Source: Heteronotia binoei
Taxonomy: Eukaryota
Assembly (NCBI RefSeq): GCF_032191835.1
Contig: NC_083223.1
Location: 220,658,001-220,722,000, forward strand
Length of the DNA: 64,000 nt
Reading direction: 5' to 3'
Shown: positions 24,218 through 36,573 of the stretch, piece by piece
Layout: every line of letters starts with the position of its first letter
Position numbering within the stretch: the first letter of the stretch is position 1
Program-made: the position numbers and the translations under genes
Notes under the pieces: generated by a model
Database searches by the model: none
Seen by the model: only the letters and a program-made list of their open reading frames with translations
Told to the model about the DNA's origin: nothing

Positions 24218-24680
24218 GGAGCCCTGTGGCACAGAGTGGTGAACTGCAGTACTGCAGTCCAAGCTCTGCTCACAACCTGAGTTCGATCCCAGTGGAAGCT
24301 GGGTTCAGGTAGCTGGCTCCAGGTTGACGCAACCTTTCACCCTTCCGAGGTCAGTAAAATGAGGACCCAGCTTCCTTGGGGGTAAAGTGTAGATGACTGG
24401 GGAAGGCAATGGCAAACCACCCCATAGTAAGTCTGCCATGAACATAAGAGAAGCCATGTTGGATCAGGCCAATGGCCCATCCAGTCCAACACTCTGTGTC
24501 ACACAGTGGCCAAAAAAATCAAGGTGCCATCAGGAGGTGCATCAGTGGGACCAGGATACTAGAAGCCCTCCCACTGTTGCCCCTCACAAGCACCAAGAAT
24601 ACAGAGTAACATGTTGTGATGCAACATCACCCCAGAGTTGGAAACAACTGGTGCTTGCACAAGGGACTACCTTTACCTTT
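24218..24680 (+). mobile_element. Sauria SINE interrupted by a CR1 3' tail
   Basis: A box TGGCACAGAGTGG, B box GAGTTCGATCC, tail ACCTTTACCTTT; TSD AGATAGTCCATT (24205-24216) / AGATGGTCCATT (24681-24692). Confidence 0.9.
24441..24606 (-). mobile_element. CR1 3' UTR fragment nested in a Sauria SINE
   Basis: Reverse complement of the ...GGACTGGATGGGCCATTGGCCTGATCCAACATGGCTTCTCTTATGTT tail also seen at 45000-45063 and 57240-57300. Confidence 0.85.
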
Positions 24681-25218
24681 AGATGGTCCATTGCCCTGAT
24701 GCAGCTTAGTATATTCATTGTTCATAAATCTGTCAAACAAACAAATAAATAAATAGTTATATAATCATCTAAGTCAATCCTGTAAGGTATTATACTCAAG
24801 ATGCTGAATTCTGGTTCCACCACCTAATTTTTTGCTTCTTCCATGCTCATGCATAATTGCAGATTGCACTAAATTCTGATTGGGTATACTATGGAGCCTA
24901 TGCTCATGGCTTTGATCAATACTTGATGCCTTGAAATGGATAAGGAAAATCAGTCATACCCTACTGATAACAGTGGATCTTTCTATGGCCTGTGAGACAA
25001 TGGATCATACAATGTTGTTCATTGTGACTGAAAGATCTTGTGGGCTTTTGTGCAATTGCTGCCAAGTGATGCACTCATTCTCACTGTTATGTGTCATGGC
25101 CAGGCCAGATACTAACTGGTGGGATTTAAATAGAAACCTGGAGTCTATGTTTTCCAACCCAGTCCCTGAAGTCATTTGCAGAAGCTGGAACTAAAGTTGA
25201 AGCTTCTACCCTCAAGCT

Positions 25219-25320
25219 GTTTTTGTTCAGTCGCACAGTCGAGTCCAACTCTTTACGTCCCCATGGACAAAGTCACGCCAGGCCCTCCTGTCTTCTACCA
25301 TCCTCCAAAGTCTGCTCAAA
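25219..25320 (-). mobile_element. BovB (RTE) LINE 3' end
   Basis: TTGTTCAGTCGCACAGTCGAGTCCAACTCTT...CCCCATGGAC..ACGCCAGGCCCTCCTGTC matches the recalled reverse-complement BovB terminus. Confidence 0.75.
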
Positions 25321-25469
25321 CCTAAAGCTTAAAGGTGTAGCAAATATGAAATACTGCTGGGTTGACCAGGCAAGGGTAAGCTCCTAATATTTAAATGAGG
25401 AATAGCCAGTACACAGGTTTCAAACTGCCTGCCAATCATAGAGGCTGATGAAACACACATCCACCAACT

Positions 25470-25745
25470 GAGAGCCAGTTTTCTGTAGTGATTAAGTGCA
25501 CAGACTCTTATCTAGGAGAAACGGGTTTGATTCCCCACTCCTCCACATGCACCTGCTGATGTGACCTTGAGTCAGTCACAAGCTCTCACAGAGCTGTTTC
25601 TCTCAAGAGCAGTTTCTGTCAGAACTCTCTCAGCTCCACCTACCTCACAGAATGTCAGTTGTGGGAAGGGAAAGGAAATTGTAAACCACTCAGACTCCTT
25701 CGGCTAGTGAAGGGCAGGGTATAAATTCAATCTTCTCCTCCTCGT
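25470..25745 (+). mobile_element. tRNA-derived SINE (Squam3-like)
   Basis: GAGAGCCAGTTT..TGTAGTG.TTAAG head, GGTTTGATTCCCCACTCC B box, CCTCACAG core and ATAAATTCAATCTTCTCCTCC tail. Confidence 0.75.
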
Positions 25746-26279
25746 CCTCTGACTTTGACTGAGAGCTGAGTACTGTTGTTTTCAACCTCCTAATATCACT
25801 GCAATAGGCTGAAAGCAATCCACCATAAATAGGCATGTTGCTGTGGAAAACATCTCTTAATGAATTCTCCAGACAGCAAAGACTACATTCTGGAATGTGT
25901 GTATGTGTGAGTATAGTCCATATAACTGCAGATTTGAGATCATCATCCTGCATTCTATAACTTTTTTCTTCATTTATAGCTTGACTTTCTTTCCAGTAGG
26001 GACCCAAAGTGGGGTACATCATTCTCTTCTCTTTTCTCAAAACAACCATGTAAGGTTAGTTAGGCTGAGACTATGTGCATGGCCCAAGGTCACCCAGCAA
26101 GCTTCCATGGCAGAGTGGGGTATCAAACCTGGGTATCTTAGCTCCTAGGCCATCATTCTAACCACTACACCACACTGGCTTTCTAAGTGAGTCACTGATA
26201 ACCCTAGCCAGCAACAGACATGGGTTTCATCTAGCTGGTTTTCGCTAGTCAGTACAAGCAGTACAAGCCAGTTGGTTTT

Positions 26280-27560
26280 CACCATCCTGATTAGCTTTGT
26301 ATTATTTGCAAACTTGGCTACTACACTATTCACCCCTGGTTCTAGATTGTTTATAAATAAATTAAATAGTACCATTCCTGGTACCAAGACCCCAATGTTT
26401 TCCCTTGACCGCCATTGTGAGAACTGTGTATTCCTACTCTTTGCTTCCTGTCATTTAACCAATTCAGAAGAGAACCCATCCTCTTATCCCATGACTGCTT
26501 TCTAGCAATTCTATCTTTGATCTACTAAGTTGCCTAAGACAGATGTTAGGCTGACTGGCCTGTGATTTTCAGGTTCCTCTCCAGATCCCTTTTTAAAAAT
26601 TGCTATTTTCCACACTTTTGGTACAACGGCTGAAGTTAGTGATATGTTACATATACACGTTAGTAGATCAACTATTTCACATTTGTGTTCCCTATGAACT
26701 CTTGGGACCTGGAAGCTTATCAGTTTTTAATGTCCCTAGTTGGTCTAGAACTTCATCTCTCAGCAGCCAGCACCTGAATATGGATCAGTTCTTCTGATGC
26801 CCTTCCTGAAAATACTGGCTGTGGAATGGATATGTGCCCCGCACTTTCCACAGTGAACACCTCTGAGAATGCTACTTTTGAGGTATTGGCATTTAACTTT
26901 TTGCCTAGTGATCTAAATGTGCACCATGACTGCCAACTCCTCTTCAGCACTATCTGCTATCTATCTAGATAGCAGGTGATGTCCACAACCTTTGCACCAG
27001 GTAGGCAAATCACTATGTGGTCAAAATGCTTGTCACAGACCCCTGTCTCTGTATTCCTAATGACAGAATCCCCCACAACCCAGAGCTCACCTGCCCCTTA
27101 CCCCAGAAGGGAATCCTTGGTACAAGAGGATATTGATCCATTGCTCAAGGAAGGGGTCCTTCTAAGGGATCACATCTCTTCTCAAACTAATACCCTCCAG
27201 CCTTAAGACTCTCACTCTTCACAACAGCAGAAAAGTTGTCAGCACAGGAGTGAGACAGGTCTGGTAAGTCCCTGAGGGTCTCTTCCCCAAACCTTTCTTT
27301 CTGCCTCAGCTTCTCCAGGTCATCAACTCTAGTTTCAGAGGAATAAACCTGTTCCCTGAGACCCACGAGCTCCATTCAGTGACCATGCACCCAGATAATC
27401 GTACACGTGGCACTCTCTGTAAAACACTGGATACCCCTGCTGGCTTTCTACCTTCATAACTGGTTAGTCATGTAAATGTATCTTAGAGTGAAATAGGGTG
27501 CATACCTAACCTAGTGTGGATTTCTGTAGCAGAAATGGATATAGCAGCACACTATCCTCC
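26280..27560 (-). mobile_element. Rearranged CR1 LINE with ORF1 and ORF2 remnants
   Basis: ORF1-like ECHVYDYL...LREQV.S.E.RV.DLEKLRQ.ER (about 27187-27430) and RT piece PGMVLFNLFINNLEPGVNSVVAKFANNTKL (about 26280-26390); most of the sequence between is deleted. Confidence 0.7.
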
Positions 27561-29116
27561 TTACTGATATAGAACTTGGATGTCCCTTCTCAGGAAACTC
27601 AGACTAGAGGGGTTCTCTTCTGTTTCCCCCTTGACCTCTGGCATGGAACTCCCAAGCTCAACTCCCCTTTTAAAGCACTGCAAGCAAGCCCCAGGACTCT
27701 ATGGCATTACATACTTCTAAGGTCCCTACCCTACCCATATTCTGCCCTCCCCAAGTTCCACCCACAAATCTCTCTGAAGTTTCCAAACCTGGAATCAGTA
27801 TCCCTTATGCCCTGAGTGGCCATACTTGTTCTGTCCAAGAGCTGACAGTCCTAACAGAAGGCCAACTCTTAACTGGCTGATCTCATGTTCCCAAACACAC
27901 CTTTTTCATCAGTGGGTGATAGCAGCTGAAAATGTGTAGTGACTTTTTCACATCACAAAAGGTTGAATGTATTGTGTTCCCAAGCTGAAGAAAGTGGAAA
28001 CTTTTCTTCAGCATTTTTTTTTTCAAAATACCATCTCCCATCACAGGAAGTGCAGTTTTGTTTAGCAATACTTTCTTCAGAATCTGGGGAAAAAAGAACA
28101 AGCAGGCTGAGATTTAAAGCTTTAATAATATTTCTGCTGCTAGTGATTATTGTGATGTGCATTTCATGTAAACACTTCTGGTATTCTTTGACAGTAGTTA
28201 ATAACACTCAGATGGCTGACTTCGGCATTGCAGTACTGACAAGAGACAGAGGGTTATAGCTAAAACTGAGACAACAATAACAGTGCTTCAAAAAATTTTT
28301 TAATGTCATCATAGAGATTATAAGCCACCACCAGCTAACATTACTAGTTTCTACAGAACTAACCAGGGAAATGGCTGGAGTGTGAGGAAGTAGCCGTGAC
28401 CACCACCAGCATAGTAATAAGACTATTGTTGTTCAACAGCAGCCACCTCATAAAAACAGCATAGTATAATGGTTAGAATTTCAGACTAGGATCTGAGAGA
28501 CCCACTATTGAATCTCCACTCTACCTTGGGCCGGTCATACACATTCGGCCTAATCGACCTCACAGGGTTATTATGTAGATACAATGGAAGAAAGGAGAAT
28601 GATATAAGTTGCTTTGGCACCCTGTTGTGGAGCACATAAATGAAGCAAACAATAATAAATGTAGCTGAAGGTGGTGAACAGAAAAAGGTTAGGTTGGTCA
28701 GTGGGTGGGAATGAGAAAAGGAAGCAGGGAAAGGGGGTTGAAAGGGCAAGGGAAAGGTGAAATAGTGTGGGGAAGGGTATACAAGGGACAATGAAGTTGC
28801 CCTACATAAGTCCTTGCAAGTTCCTCACCGCAACTGGGCCTGACCTGTTGGTCAGCACCATACAACTGGGCCCAGGCCAGTGGCTGGCACCAAACAACTG
28901 GTTCTCCTGGGTAGATGCTGCCAGGAGGAGGGAAGTTGGGAATGCTGAAGAAGGGAGGAGCAGATAAAGGTAGGCTGGTGCGTGGGAAGGAGAGAAGGAA
29001 GCAGGAAAAAGAGAGAGGCTATGAGGTCTCTCAGGGAAGAAATAGTGGAGAGGGGAAAATACGATGCCACACACAAGTCCTTGTGGTTCCCCCACTTGTT
29101 TGTTTCTCAACTCTTT

Positions 29117-29226
29117 TGTTGTTGTTCAGTCGCACAGTTGAATCCGACTCTTTGCGACCCCATGGACAAAGTCACACCAGGCCCTCCTGTCTTCCACCAT
29201 CCTCCGAAGTCTGCTCAAATTCAAAC
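29117..29226 (-). mobile_element. BovB (RTE) LINE 3' end
   Basis: TGTTGTTGTTCAGTCGCACAGTTGAATCCGACTCTTTGCGACCCCATGGAC...; same family as 25219-25320. Confidence 0.8.
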
Positions 29227-30543
29227 TCTTAGTGGTGATATTAACCCGAGATCGCTATCAGTTTAGTAAACAAAAGCTATTGGTAGAAAAATACATTTTA
29301 AAATATTTCCCTTGGCTATTTTCTTTTTAATTCTCTCTTATAGAACCGCATATCAAATCCAGAATAGCCTTCAAATAAATACAACCCAATACACAGCAAT
29401 TCATATGCAGCCTGAACAACCCCACCCACCCACATTAAATTTGGCACTGGGGAAATTAAGAATATTTTTCCAATTCTACATCTTGTTACAAATGCAACAG
29501 CAATATATTATGGAGTCAGCACTTACGGCAGTATTCTAGCCTTGTAGCTGCTAGCCAAAGGTGGATTTCCAGCCAATGAAATAACAACAATTAATTAATA
29601 ATATATATATTCCCCATAGTCATAAAGAAGAATTAATGCATTTCGTTCAGTCAGATATTTCAGTTTTAAACAAATGGTTCAATGAAAATGAAACGTATTC
29701 TTCTGAAGGTTTTGTGAGGACTTACTAACAGTTGCATGTCAGGCATAATAAATCTTAGTTTTGCATTAACAAAAAGAATTGAACTGATAGTGTCAGTAGC
29801 TGCATTAGTATTCTTGTTCGATATTTCCCACTATAAAAAGCTGTAGGACAATTACTTCTTGTTGAACAAAATAAATAGGGAAGCAGCCCCGTTTTTATTA
29901 GACCATTTTTTCTTCTGAAAGCAAAAGATATTGATCTACCTGTTGTATACTGTAGCTATGAACTAACACACACAGTTGCATCCCTGATATGAAGATTTTG
30001 TAAGTATTCAGTTATTCAAAATCTCATTAAACAGAGCTTAGGGGGGAAATGCAGCTTTCATCTCATAGTAGTCAAATGTGGGTACTTAAATCCTTAAATC
30101 TTAATACTTAAAACCATGGATTAGATCCACACTGGCTAAAAAACAGATAGTTCTGCAAACTTGGGGAGACTTCCCAGGTTTGCAGAAAAATCTGAAAACT
30201 TTTTAAATATATTGGGGTGGCGGTAGTGGTTTAAATCTGCTCAAAACAAAATAATTGTCTGAGTATGTGCAGACAATGAACCTATCCCCTCCAGCGATGG
30301 GGGGGAAGCAGGGAACCATGCTGCATTTCCCACTCTGCTATCATTGGACTATTTGGTTGCTTTTTTAAAAAAAATCAGTAATTGCTAGATCAGTATAATG
30401 TTATGACATTATGTTACCATGATCAACTGGTAATTCCAAATTCCCAGCTTTCATTTTTTTTTCCAGGAACTAATGTGTCATGTCAATACATGGTTATAGT
30501 TATTGAGCAATTACCATTTTTAAAGCCCCCAAATAGCCCTTTG

Positions 30544-30742
30544 CAGGGATTTTTGGTAGAAAAGGCTCAGCAGGAACTCATTTGCATATTAGGCCACACA
30601 CCCTAATATCACCCTTGTTTGTGCGGGGCTTTTTGCAGAAAAAACCCAGCAGGAACTCATTTGCATATTAGGCCACACACCCTGATACCAAGCCAGCCAG
30701 AACTGCGTTCCTGTGTGTTCCTGCTAAAAAAAAAAAGCCCTG
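30544..30742 (+). mobile_element. Composite hAT MITE with a duplicated left arm
   Basis: Left arms start at 30544 and 30624, one right TIR AAAAAGCCCTG; perfect 8-bp TSD GCCCTTTG (30536-30543, 30743-30750) flanks the whole unit. Confidence 0.85.
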
Positions 30743-33249
30743 GCCCTTTGACTTGCTGGGGTGAGAGGAAAATGGTAGCCATAGTAGCCTGATGGAAGAA
30801 AAGTGTAGGGAAAATGGCCATGTGGATTCTCCATTGCTGCTGCAAATGCCTTTGTGGTCACAGTAGAGCAGAGTTCCCACTAAGCTGTGCTAGCCTGCAC
30901 TGGTGCACAACTTTTTAGCCCTCAGCCCACAGCATTTTGGCTGAGCACAGAGTAATGGGATTAAAAAATCACCAGGTAGAGCTGAAGGCACATGTGGTGC
31001 AGAGTGCCCACCAGCCTCTTCCATCAGAGTGAGCTGTGGCTCCTTGGGAGTAAGCCTGCAGGAGGGAAGACAGCAGAGGGGGCAATTTGCCTTGTGCAAA
31101 AGATGGGACTCCACCCAGGAAGGGATGGGCTGGGGAGCAGGAAGCTCTGGGCAGCCCTGCCTTGGTGGAGAGTCACAACCAAGAGAACAGGTGTGAACAG
31201 GGCCGGCTCGCCCACTAGGCAAACTAGGTGGTTGCCCATGGCACTGGAAAGGGGGGGCACCAAATTGGGCTCCCCTCCTCCCGGTACCCAAGACAGCTAC
31301 CTAGTTTGCCCCTCTCTCTCTCTCCCTGCCACCAGCCTCCTTCCTTCCCTCCACTGCGTCCTTGTTAGCAGCTAGCTGCATGGGAGTAACAGTTGGTCAT
31401 GAGGCACTCTGTCTGCTTGCTTGTAGTTACCTTCTGAGCCTCTGTCTTCAGTGCTTGAAGGGTGGAGGGGAAACCTGGTGGGCTGGTCTCAAACTGAGGA
31501 TCACATGCTGCATCAGGGCTAGGTGCTGGTGGCTCTGAGTCAGCTGCTGATTGTGAGCCTAGATGAGCCTGTAGCTCCTCTTCTGCTGGCTATATGAAGC
31601 TTCTCTCCTCCCAGGGGGTTCACTTCTCCCCAGGAGTCTCTGCTGCTGCTGAGCTCTGACTGATCCAGGAAACCCAGCTCTGGCTGACCCACAACACTCT
31701 GGCGATGGTGCCTGCAAACACAGTTGTGCTCAGGTTCTTGGCTCATCCCCATTGGACCCTAATCTTGGGCTCTGCATCCCATTTCTAGACAAGGCACTGC
31801 TGGCACCTGTGGCCCTCTGTAGGCTTGGGAGGGCCTGTTGCTTGCTTCCCTGCATGCTCCCACAAGCCACTACTTGCACTCTCCTTCCTCAACAGAGGGG
31901 TGCTGGAAGCACTTGGGCTCACAGCAGGCTGAATCATGTGATTTCCTGGCAAGCCCTTTGCATCCTTGCAGACCTTCCGTTTGGAGCTATGCCCACCCCC
32001 CCCCCCCACCAGCCTGGCTGAATTTCAAGTGGTGCATTTGGAGTCTGCAGCCAATGGATCCTTTCCAGCTGCAAAAAAAAAAAAAAAGGTTTGAACTCAG
32101 AGGGAACCATCCCTGGAGGACCAGGGAGGGAGTGTTCTTATTTCCCCTTGCCAAGCAGGTCTTGGCAACCTGAGAAGAGAGGAGGGGGGGGGGCTTGAGG
32201 CACTGCAGCCACCCTGAGTCACTTGGAGAAAGTTAGTTCTCTTTAAGAGCAGCAAGTCAAAAAGTTTTCAGTTTCTGGTGGACAAGGCTAGTTTGAACTG
32301 GTCCAGGAAGGATCCTCTTCAGTGCTCTGGCTGCACAAACCGCAAGAGCTTATATTGTGATTTTCTTATTCCATTGCAAAGTCCCCCAGTCTGGTGGTGA
32401 ACGTAGACCAGTGTCATCGTGCTATGGAAGTGTAGGCTGGGCACAAAAGGAACTCTCTACCGTGCAAGCCGTTTTTAAAAAAAACTGTAGTGGAGTCCAT
32501 CTTAGTTAGAAAGCTTTAGAGGGAAGCACAGGAAGGCTGGGAAGGAAACCATTCTGATTTTGGAATTTGTTCTGACCCAGCAGGGGCACTATCAAGATTA
32601 GAGAGGGCAAAAAAAAAGACTAGAGAGGAAGAGGAACAGAGGTCTCCCCTCAAAATCAACTCTGAAATCACTTTTCCAATCTACTATTCCAAATAAGAAA
32701 TACAATAAAACAAAGAGGATCTATGGCCCTTCTTGATGAGAATACAGAGTGTAAAGACTAAATGAGGTTAGCATATGTAGTGAGATAAGAAATCCTTTGC
32801 TTACAAAGCAGATTCTCTGCCCATGCTAGGGTTGCCAGTTTCCAGGTGGGGCCTGGAAATCTCCCAGTATTACAATTGCTTGGCAACAGCAGGTCACTGG
32901 AAAGGGCCTTGCTTAAATACGAACCTCAGGCCAGCGCTGTCTCTTGTGAGGAGGCCTCATGGGACTGTATGGCTTTGCTTTTGGCAGATGTACTTCTAGA
33001 GAGGGAGAAGAACAGTGCAGTGTGAGCGCTGAAAAAATCCTCAGCTGGGTGCTTACTGGTCTCTTCTTTTGTTATCTCTGCCAGAAACATTTTCTGTAAT
33101 GAAATCTGACTTGCTTCTGTTTTCACTTACAATGTTTAAATCATTCTTAAAATATAGTTTAAAATAATTCATTCTGGACTTTTAACAAGGTTATGGTAAT
33201 AATCTAATTAAAAACTAATCTTTGCAATAGTCAAATGTAGGCTCGCTCA

Positions 33250-35905
33250 TAGGGGTATGCAAAAAAAAATCGGAAAAAATCAGATTTGGAAATATACGAG
33301 GCCAGAATATTCAGAATACCGTATATTTCCGAATACCGGTACTTGGAATAGCCGTATATACGGTAGATGTGCGGCTATTTCCGAATATACGGCCCCATTA
33401 TACCCTATGGCCATTGAAATCAATGGCAAAATAGGGTATATTGGAAGCCGCCTGGAGGGGAGGGTGTTTGAGGAAGAGTCCCCAAATTTACAGGGGACCT
33501 GCAGGGGACTCTCCCCTACAAACCCCCCAAATTCCAAAAAGATTGGGCAAGGGAGTCCCATTCCATCCATTATACCCTATGGGCCGTTGAAATCAATGGC
33601 AACATAGAGCATAATTAGAGGTTACTGGGGGGCAGGGGGTTTGAGGGAGAGCCCCCAAAACTGCAGAGAACTCTCAGGGGACTCTCCTCTACAAAACCCC
33701 CAAGTCCCAAAAAGATTGGGCCAGGGGGTTCAATTCCTGGGGCACCCAAAGCCAAACCTAACTTCACACCAGAGAATCTCTATAGGACCCAAATGCACTA
33801 CAGCCATCTATCTACTCTATGAACCCTGCTGGACTGGAACCAATATAAACCCAGTTGCCAACATCACTGCCACACAAACACAATCTGCTCAAGGTCTGCT
33901 CTGCAGACCTGGCTGCAGCAAACCCAGATGCCAGCTCTCCAGCCCTGCCCCAAACAACACGGGGAGAGCTGGTCAAGCACAACAAGCCTGCTGTTTCTGG
34001 GTCTCTCACCCAGGTGCCAGCTTCCCTGCCACAGAACACACAATCTACAGATGCCAGCTCTTCAGCCCTGCTCCAAACAACACAATCAAACAAGAGAAGC
34101 GGTAGACAGATTCAATTAACAACAACAGATCCAAACAGATCACTGAGAAAAGGCCAAGAAACTCAACTGTTAAAAAAGTGACCTTTTCAACAGTAAAAAC
34201 CTCAGGCCAAATCAGTCAACAACACCCCCTCCCCCCAAACCAGAACCAGGAAAAGGGACAACAGGACGGGATGCAAAACCAGCAACAACAGAGAATAGAT
34301 CCAAACAGATCACTGAGAAAAGGCTAACAAACTCAACTGTTAAAAAGTGACCATTTTAACAATGAAAATTAGGCCAAACAGCCCCCCCCCACAAGAACCA
34401 GAACCAGAAGAGAAAAGGAACAACAGCAGCACAACACAACAGCAACAAATCAAACACAGAATCCTTTTAAAACAGTAAAAAACTTGACCTTTAACAATAC
34501 AGGAACTTTACCAACCCCTCCCCCCCCAAAAAAAACTTTCACCCTAACTCCAAGAAATCCAAGCCACTCAAATCAGGAAAAGTAAAAGGACACAGCATTT
34601 AAGTCGTCTCACTAAAGTAAGATATGGCAAATTGGCAAAACCCCCCCCCCACCAGCAGAACCCCCTAACCCTAACCCCAAATAAGCTACCCAGTACTCAT
34701 CCACCCAAATCTGGATATGTAAAGGGACTCTGAGTCTTAAAAAGTCCTTTTACTAACTAAAATAAAAACAAGAACCCCAAGACTGTCTTACCTTAGATGT
34801 CTTCTCTTCCTCCAGACAGGTCAGGCAAGGCTGAGAGAGAGCAGCAGCAATCTCTCTCTCACACCAACACCAATACAGCAGCAATGGAATGGAGTCCAGC
34901 CAGGCAGACTCCTTAAAAAGGTTCTCTGGCCCAACACAGAGCAGTTTCAAAAAATATCACTGTTTTGTGATTGACCAGAGAACACTGTTTACTTGGATAC
35001 CCAAGTAAACAAAAGAACAACAATGTTGCTGATGGCTGGGGGACTAGCCCAGCCATCAGCTGCACAACAGCCTTGCAAAGATTGCATTTGCAATGCATTT
35101 TGCAAATTCATGCTTTGGATTGGCAGCTGGGGCTCCTCTCCCCCTCCCCCTCCCTCCCTGACCCCAGGGAGGCTATGGGAGAGGCGGGAAAAGGCTTCCA
35201 AAGGCGGGAAAGGAGGCAAGCAGCTCCCCTGAGTGTCAAGTATGCGGGTTCAATGACGAGTCGAAGTTGATACAAAGACTACGTTTATTGATAGACAGAT
35301 ACTTTCTGTGTAACAGGTTCTTGAGAGTAATGCTGCAAATACATTGACACAATACTTTTAAGGCTTACTTCAAAAGGATTCCAAAGGATGGGGTTGCGGG
35401 GTAGGTCTCACACATAAACTATCATAAATGTCTATATTCTCATAGTGTTATCCGGACTCTGTCCTTGCTTTCCCCAGATGTGTCGCACTCCCTACCAGGA
35501 ATGTATGGGAAGGTGCTGATTACTTCTTCTCAAGCTAGTTTCATTTCTCACTACTTCTACTTTTCAGGCAATAAAGCAAGAAGGGGGGAGGGAAAGAATA
35601 ACAGAGCTAGCAAAGCTGGGTCCTCCATGATACTTCACAGACCAGTGTTAGACAGGACCCTATAACAATCAGTTATCAATGGAATTTCACCATGCTTGAC
35701 ACTGAGGCTGCAGAAGCTCCTTTCCCGCCTTTTCCATGGAGTTCCGTATACTTCCAAATATTGATTCAGAAGTATATGGGGAGCCGTATATGGCTCCCAT
35801 ATAATGGCTTCCAATTGGTTTTGGAAGTATACAGCACGGTATACTTCCGAATCAGGGGTGATTCAGAGGTTTCTTCGATTTGGCCGAACCGAATACACAC
35901 CCCTA
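33250..35905. mobile_element. Large non-autonomous hAT element (2.66 kb including a nested LTR)
   Basis: Termini TAGGGGTATGC / ATACACACCCCTA; TSD CTCGCTCA (33242-33249) / CTCACTCA (35906-35913); CpG-rich subterminal repeats (CCGAATA, CCGTATA); no transposase ORF seen. Confidence 0.85.
35234..35701 (-). mobile_element. Solo LTR (ERV-like), 468 bp
   Basis: Terminal inverted repeats TGTCAAGTATG / CATGCTTGACA; perfect 5-bp TSD CTGAG (35229-35233, 35702-35706); minus-strand AATAAA at 35284-35289. Confidence 0.88.
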
Positions 35906-36573
35906 CTCACTCACTGTGTAAATGCTACTAGCTCCTTTGGCTCATGAACTTGAATTTTTGCTCATGAACTTGAATTTTTGCTCACAACATTCCACTGTTT
36001 AGAGAGAACATTAAGTCCTGACCAGTAACCATCACAGGTTTCATTCAGACATCACAAATAAACCTGTTTGTTCCTAACAGGCACGAACCCAGTTTATTGC
36101 CATATATCACTTATGCTGGCCAAATGCAGGCACCTGAATTGGAATTTGTGTCCTGTTCACAGTTTTTGTGGGGAGGAAGCAAACGGCAACTTGCCTAAGC
36201 ACTTGCATGCTGATTTCTGGAATCAGAAAGACTTCAGTCGTGCTCTATGGGATGACATGGAATGAGGGACAAGGAGTCTCAGACCAAAAACTTTGGCAGC
36301 ATAATTCAGGGACCCAGAAAAGAGATCCATCAGTGGCTGCTGGCATGATGAATAAAGGGAATCTCCACATCCAGAAACATATCCTCTGCTCTGAATATCA
36401 GAATTAGGAAGCAACTTCAGGAGAAGGCCTTTGGCTTGGACGGTGGTCCTTCAAGGATAAATGGGTGATCACTGTTTGAAACAGGACTAGATGGAATGCT
36501 GGCCTGATCCTTCAGAGTTTTTCTTTTGCTTTTCACCCTCATGCCTGCCCTCCCCTGACCTGGATAGCTCAGA

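Noticed and set aside
24218-24300. tRNA genes at SINE heads
   Set aside because: They have A/B boxes but no cloverleaf, and continue into SINE bodies.
33257-34181. Several ORFs of 90-154 aa as a transposase or new gene
   Set aside because: Low-complexity translations of repetitive non-coding hAT sequence; no DDE, BED-finger or hAT dimerisation motif.
34660-34680. Interstitial telomeric repeat (CCCTAA)2
   Set aside because: Only two units, inside C-rich transposon sequence.
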